DNA of 64,000 nucleotides from a bacterium (GTDB lineage Bacteria; UBA8248; JACPRG01; G963555815): NCBI GenBank assembly GCA_965261595.1, contig CBDHDG010000002.1, positions 64,001 to 128,000 of the forward strand, read 5' to 3'. Shown piece by piece: positions 61,864 to 64,000 of this stretch (position 1 is its first letter; each line of letters starts with the position of its first letter). The notes under the pieces were generated by a model. It saw only the letters and a program-made list of their open reading frames with translations, ran no database searches and was not told where the DNA came from. The position numbers and the translations under genes were made by a program.

Positions 61864-62814
61864 ATGACCTCTTCCTACGCCATCCTGTGGGCCCTTTCGG
61901 CGGGATTTTTCTTTGCTCTGGGCGATTTCTCCCTGAAGATGGCCCTCCAGTATTCCTCCCCGACCGTGGCCATCAACGTGATGGTGTGGGTCCAGTGGGT
62001 GATCTTCACGGTCATCTGTTGGGTTTCCGGGACGTTCTCGAACTTTTCCAACCCGGCATATCCCTGGTTTTTGGTGACGGGATTCATGAATCCCGTATTG
62101 TTCCTGTTCCTCTACACCCTCGGCATCCGGCGGGTCGGATTGGTCCGTTCGGCGCCCCTGAAGGGCTTTACGCCGGTCGTCGCCGTCGTCTTCGCCTTCA
62201 TTGTGCTGGAGGAACGGCTCATCGCCTTCCAGTACGTGGGAATCGCGTTGACCATCGGCGGCATCTTCACCATTACGACGGAGGACAGCAGGAGGGAGGC
62301 GCCCATCAGGGACCCCGCCGCGCCCTCCCTGGGGGCGGCCGACGGGCCGTCAGAAAAAAATCCAACGGAAAAAAGCCCGGCCTACCGGAGACTCGGCTAC
62401 CTGTTTACGATCCTGGCCGCCACCTCGACCGGACTCTCCGCCGTCCTGTTCAAGATCGTGTTGTTGCGCCTCCCTTCCCCCCTGTTCGGGGCCTGGCTCG
62501 GCGCGTGCCTGGGCGTCGTCCTTTATCCTTTCGTGGCTTTTCTGTTTCCGTCCGGGGAGCGGTTCGGACTCCGCCGCTCCGCCTGGCCTTGGCTGATCTG
62601 TGGGGGCGCGTCCATGGCGACGGCGATCTACTCGCTGTTTGCCGCCATCCACCACGGAATGGTTTCCATCGTCACGACCCTGTACCAGATCTCGCCGCTC
62701 ATCGTCCTGGTGCTGGCGATCCTGTTTTTGCGCAAGTTGGAGCGGGTAACGCCCCGGGTCGTAGCGGGGGGATTGATGACGGTCGGGGGGGGAGTGCTGG
62801 TGAGTGTGTTTTGA
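61864..62814 (+). CDS. EamA/DMT family transporter
   Basis: About ten hydrophobic helices in two repeats; AFIVLEERL and AILFLRKLERVT. Confidence 0.85.
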   Translation: MTSSYAILWALSAGFFFALGDFSLKMALQYSSPTVAINVMVWVQWVIFTVICWVSGTFSNFSNPAYPWFLVTGFMNPVLFLFLYTLGIRRVGLVRSAPLKGFTPVVAVVFAFIVLEERLIAFQYVGIALTIGGIFTITTEDSRREAPIRDPAAPSLGAADGPSEKNPTEKSPAYRRLGYLFTILAATSTGLSAVLFKIVLLRLPSPLFGAWLGACLGVVLYPFVAFLFPSGERFGLRRSAWPWLICGGASMATAIYSLFAAIHHGMVSIVTTLYQISPLIVLVLAILFLRKLERVTPRVVAGGLMTVGGGVLVSVF

Positions 62815-63154
62815 GGGTGGGGGAATCAGGGGGACGCCATATGGTATCGATAAAGTTACATAGCAGCGCTTGTCTCTGATGCAAAGTCAAATGTAAAATC
62901 ACACGCATATTCAAACGATTAGCTCCCCCAATACCGCCTACAGGTGGGGATATGCAATGGGGGAAGTGGAAAATCCGGCTTTGAGAGTCGATTTCGACCG
63001 CCGGCGCGGGTTGGGGTCGGATCCGGAATCAACCTCGGATGCGGAACTGCCGGGTTGCCGAGAACGGGCGATGGGCCGGGTTTGGGGAGGAGGCGCGGAC
63101 CTGCCGGCAAGAGACACGGGGAAGTTCTTGGACATTGGGGGTTGAAAAGGCGCG

Positions 63155-64000
63155 ATGGTCAAGCAAACGGGCCTGATTGGGACAACTCAGGGACAGTCCG
63201 CCTCTCGGCCCTCATTCCATAAAAACAGTTGGGCCGTTCTCATCGGGATCGATGAATACCCCGAAAAAGCACCGGGACTCGGACCGCTCAACTGTGCCGT
63301 GAATGACGTCGTGGCGGTGCAAAATATCTTGCTCATGCTCGGCTTTCCAAGCCAACAGATCTATCTCCTCAGCAATCAAGAAGCAACAAAGCGGGGAATC
63401 GAAGAGGTCATCGTCGACGAACTTGAAGGGAAGGTGGGCCCCACCGATCAAGTGGTCGTTTTCTTCGCCGGGCACGGGACAACTCAATCGACCAAATCCC
63501 ACAACAAAAAGGAGCCCGAAAAGGAAGGTTACCTCCTTCCCGTAGATTGTGATCCGACGCGACTATACTCGAGCTCCATCTCAATGCGGAGATTGCGGGA
63601 GATGGCCCAGCGGGTCGGGGCGAAACATTTCCTGTATCTTGTGGAGGCCTGCTACAGTGGTTTAGCGATTTACAAAACAAGAAGTGTCACGAAATCAGAT
63701 CTCCTTGAGGACCTCGTCGCCGAAGAATCCATTCAAATCCTCACCGCCGGCCGAGAAGGAGATCAGGTGATTGAGGTCGGACAACACGGTCTCTTCACTC
63801 ATATTCTTCTCGATGCCCTTCGGGGTGCGGCGGACTTGAGGGGATGGAATCGGCTTCCACTGGATCACTTGGCCCATTACATGGCCTCCCGGGTTTATGC
63901 GGAATCCGACAAAAGGATGCTCCCCCAACACGGGAACCTCAGCGGGGGTGGCCAGTTCATCTTCGAATTATCACCAACAAATTGCCCTCTATTCAAATCC
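63155..64000 (+). CDS. Second caspase-family (peptidase C14) protein, no signal peptide; runs off the window end
   Basis: Manual translation from ATG 63155: NSWAVLIGIDEY, AVNDV, FFAGHG, EGYLLPVD, EACYSG, QILTAG, HGLFT; no stop up to 64000. Confidence 0.88.
   Translation, partial: MVKQTGLIGTTQGQSASRPSFHKNSWAVLIGIDEYPEKAPGLGPLNCAVNDVVAVQNILLMLGFPSQQIYLLSNQEATKRGIEEVIVDELEGKVGPTDQVVVFFAGHGTTQSTKSHNKKEPEKEGYLLPVDCDPTRLYSSSISMRRLREMAQRVGAKHFLYLVEACYSGLAIYKTRSVTKSDLLEDLVAEESIQILTAGREGDQVIEVGQHGLFTHILLDALRGAADLRGWNRLPLDHLAHYMASRVYAESDKRMLPQHGNLSGGGQFIFELSPTNCPLFKS

Overview
High-GC bacterial chromosome segment with two halves. About 1-20.9 kb is a decaying accessory region, probably a relic of an integrated conjugative or plasmid element. 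It holds the C-terminal part of a strawberry-notch-like helicase, a tyrosine-integrase remnant, a HEPN-like gene, a 4x zinc-finger repeat protein, higBA and a broken UDG-fold gene, and is riddled with IS3 and IS1380 elements. About 21-64 kb is mostly core or metabolic: a catabolic cluster (TPP enzyme, amidohydrolases, THI5-like binding protein, Mo-hydroxylase, class II aldolase), trmJ, ade, hup, amiC-like, der, an EF-G paralog, aconitase, fumC, arsM, dihydropyrimidinase and nadX. One 1404-bp IS3 element occurs five times, four with 4-bp target duplications. The best hidden signals are: (i) a DsbA/FrnE-like gene split by an in-frame TGA at the catalytic Cys position with a SECIS-like hairpin, a probable selenoprotein; (ii) an ABC/AAA ATPase + TOPRIM-like two-gene module resembling PARIS or split-OLD defence; (iii) tandem NrdR-like boxes over the HU promoter; (iv) two caspase-family genes, one with a low-GC C-terminal tip behind an in-frame TAG and one missed by the ORF track; (v) an FseA/RovC-like activator with an upstream structured RNA candidate. 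All family calls come from motif recognition by eye, with no database searches. No rRNA, tRNA or CRISPR array was recognised.
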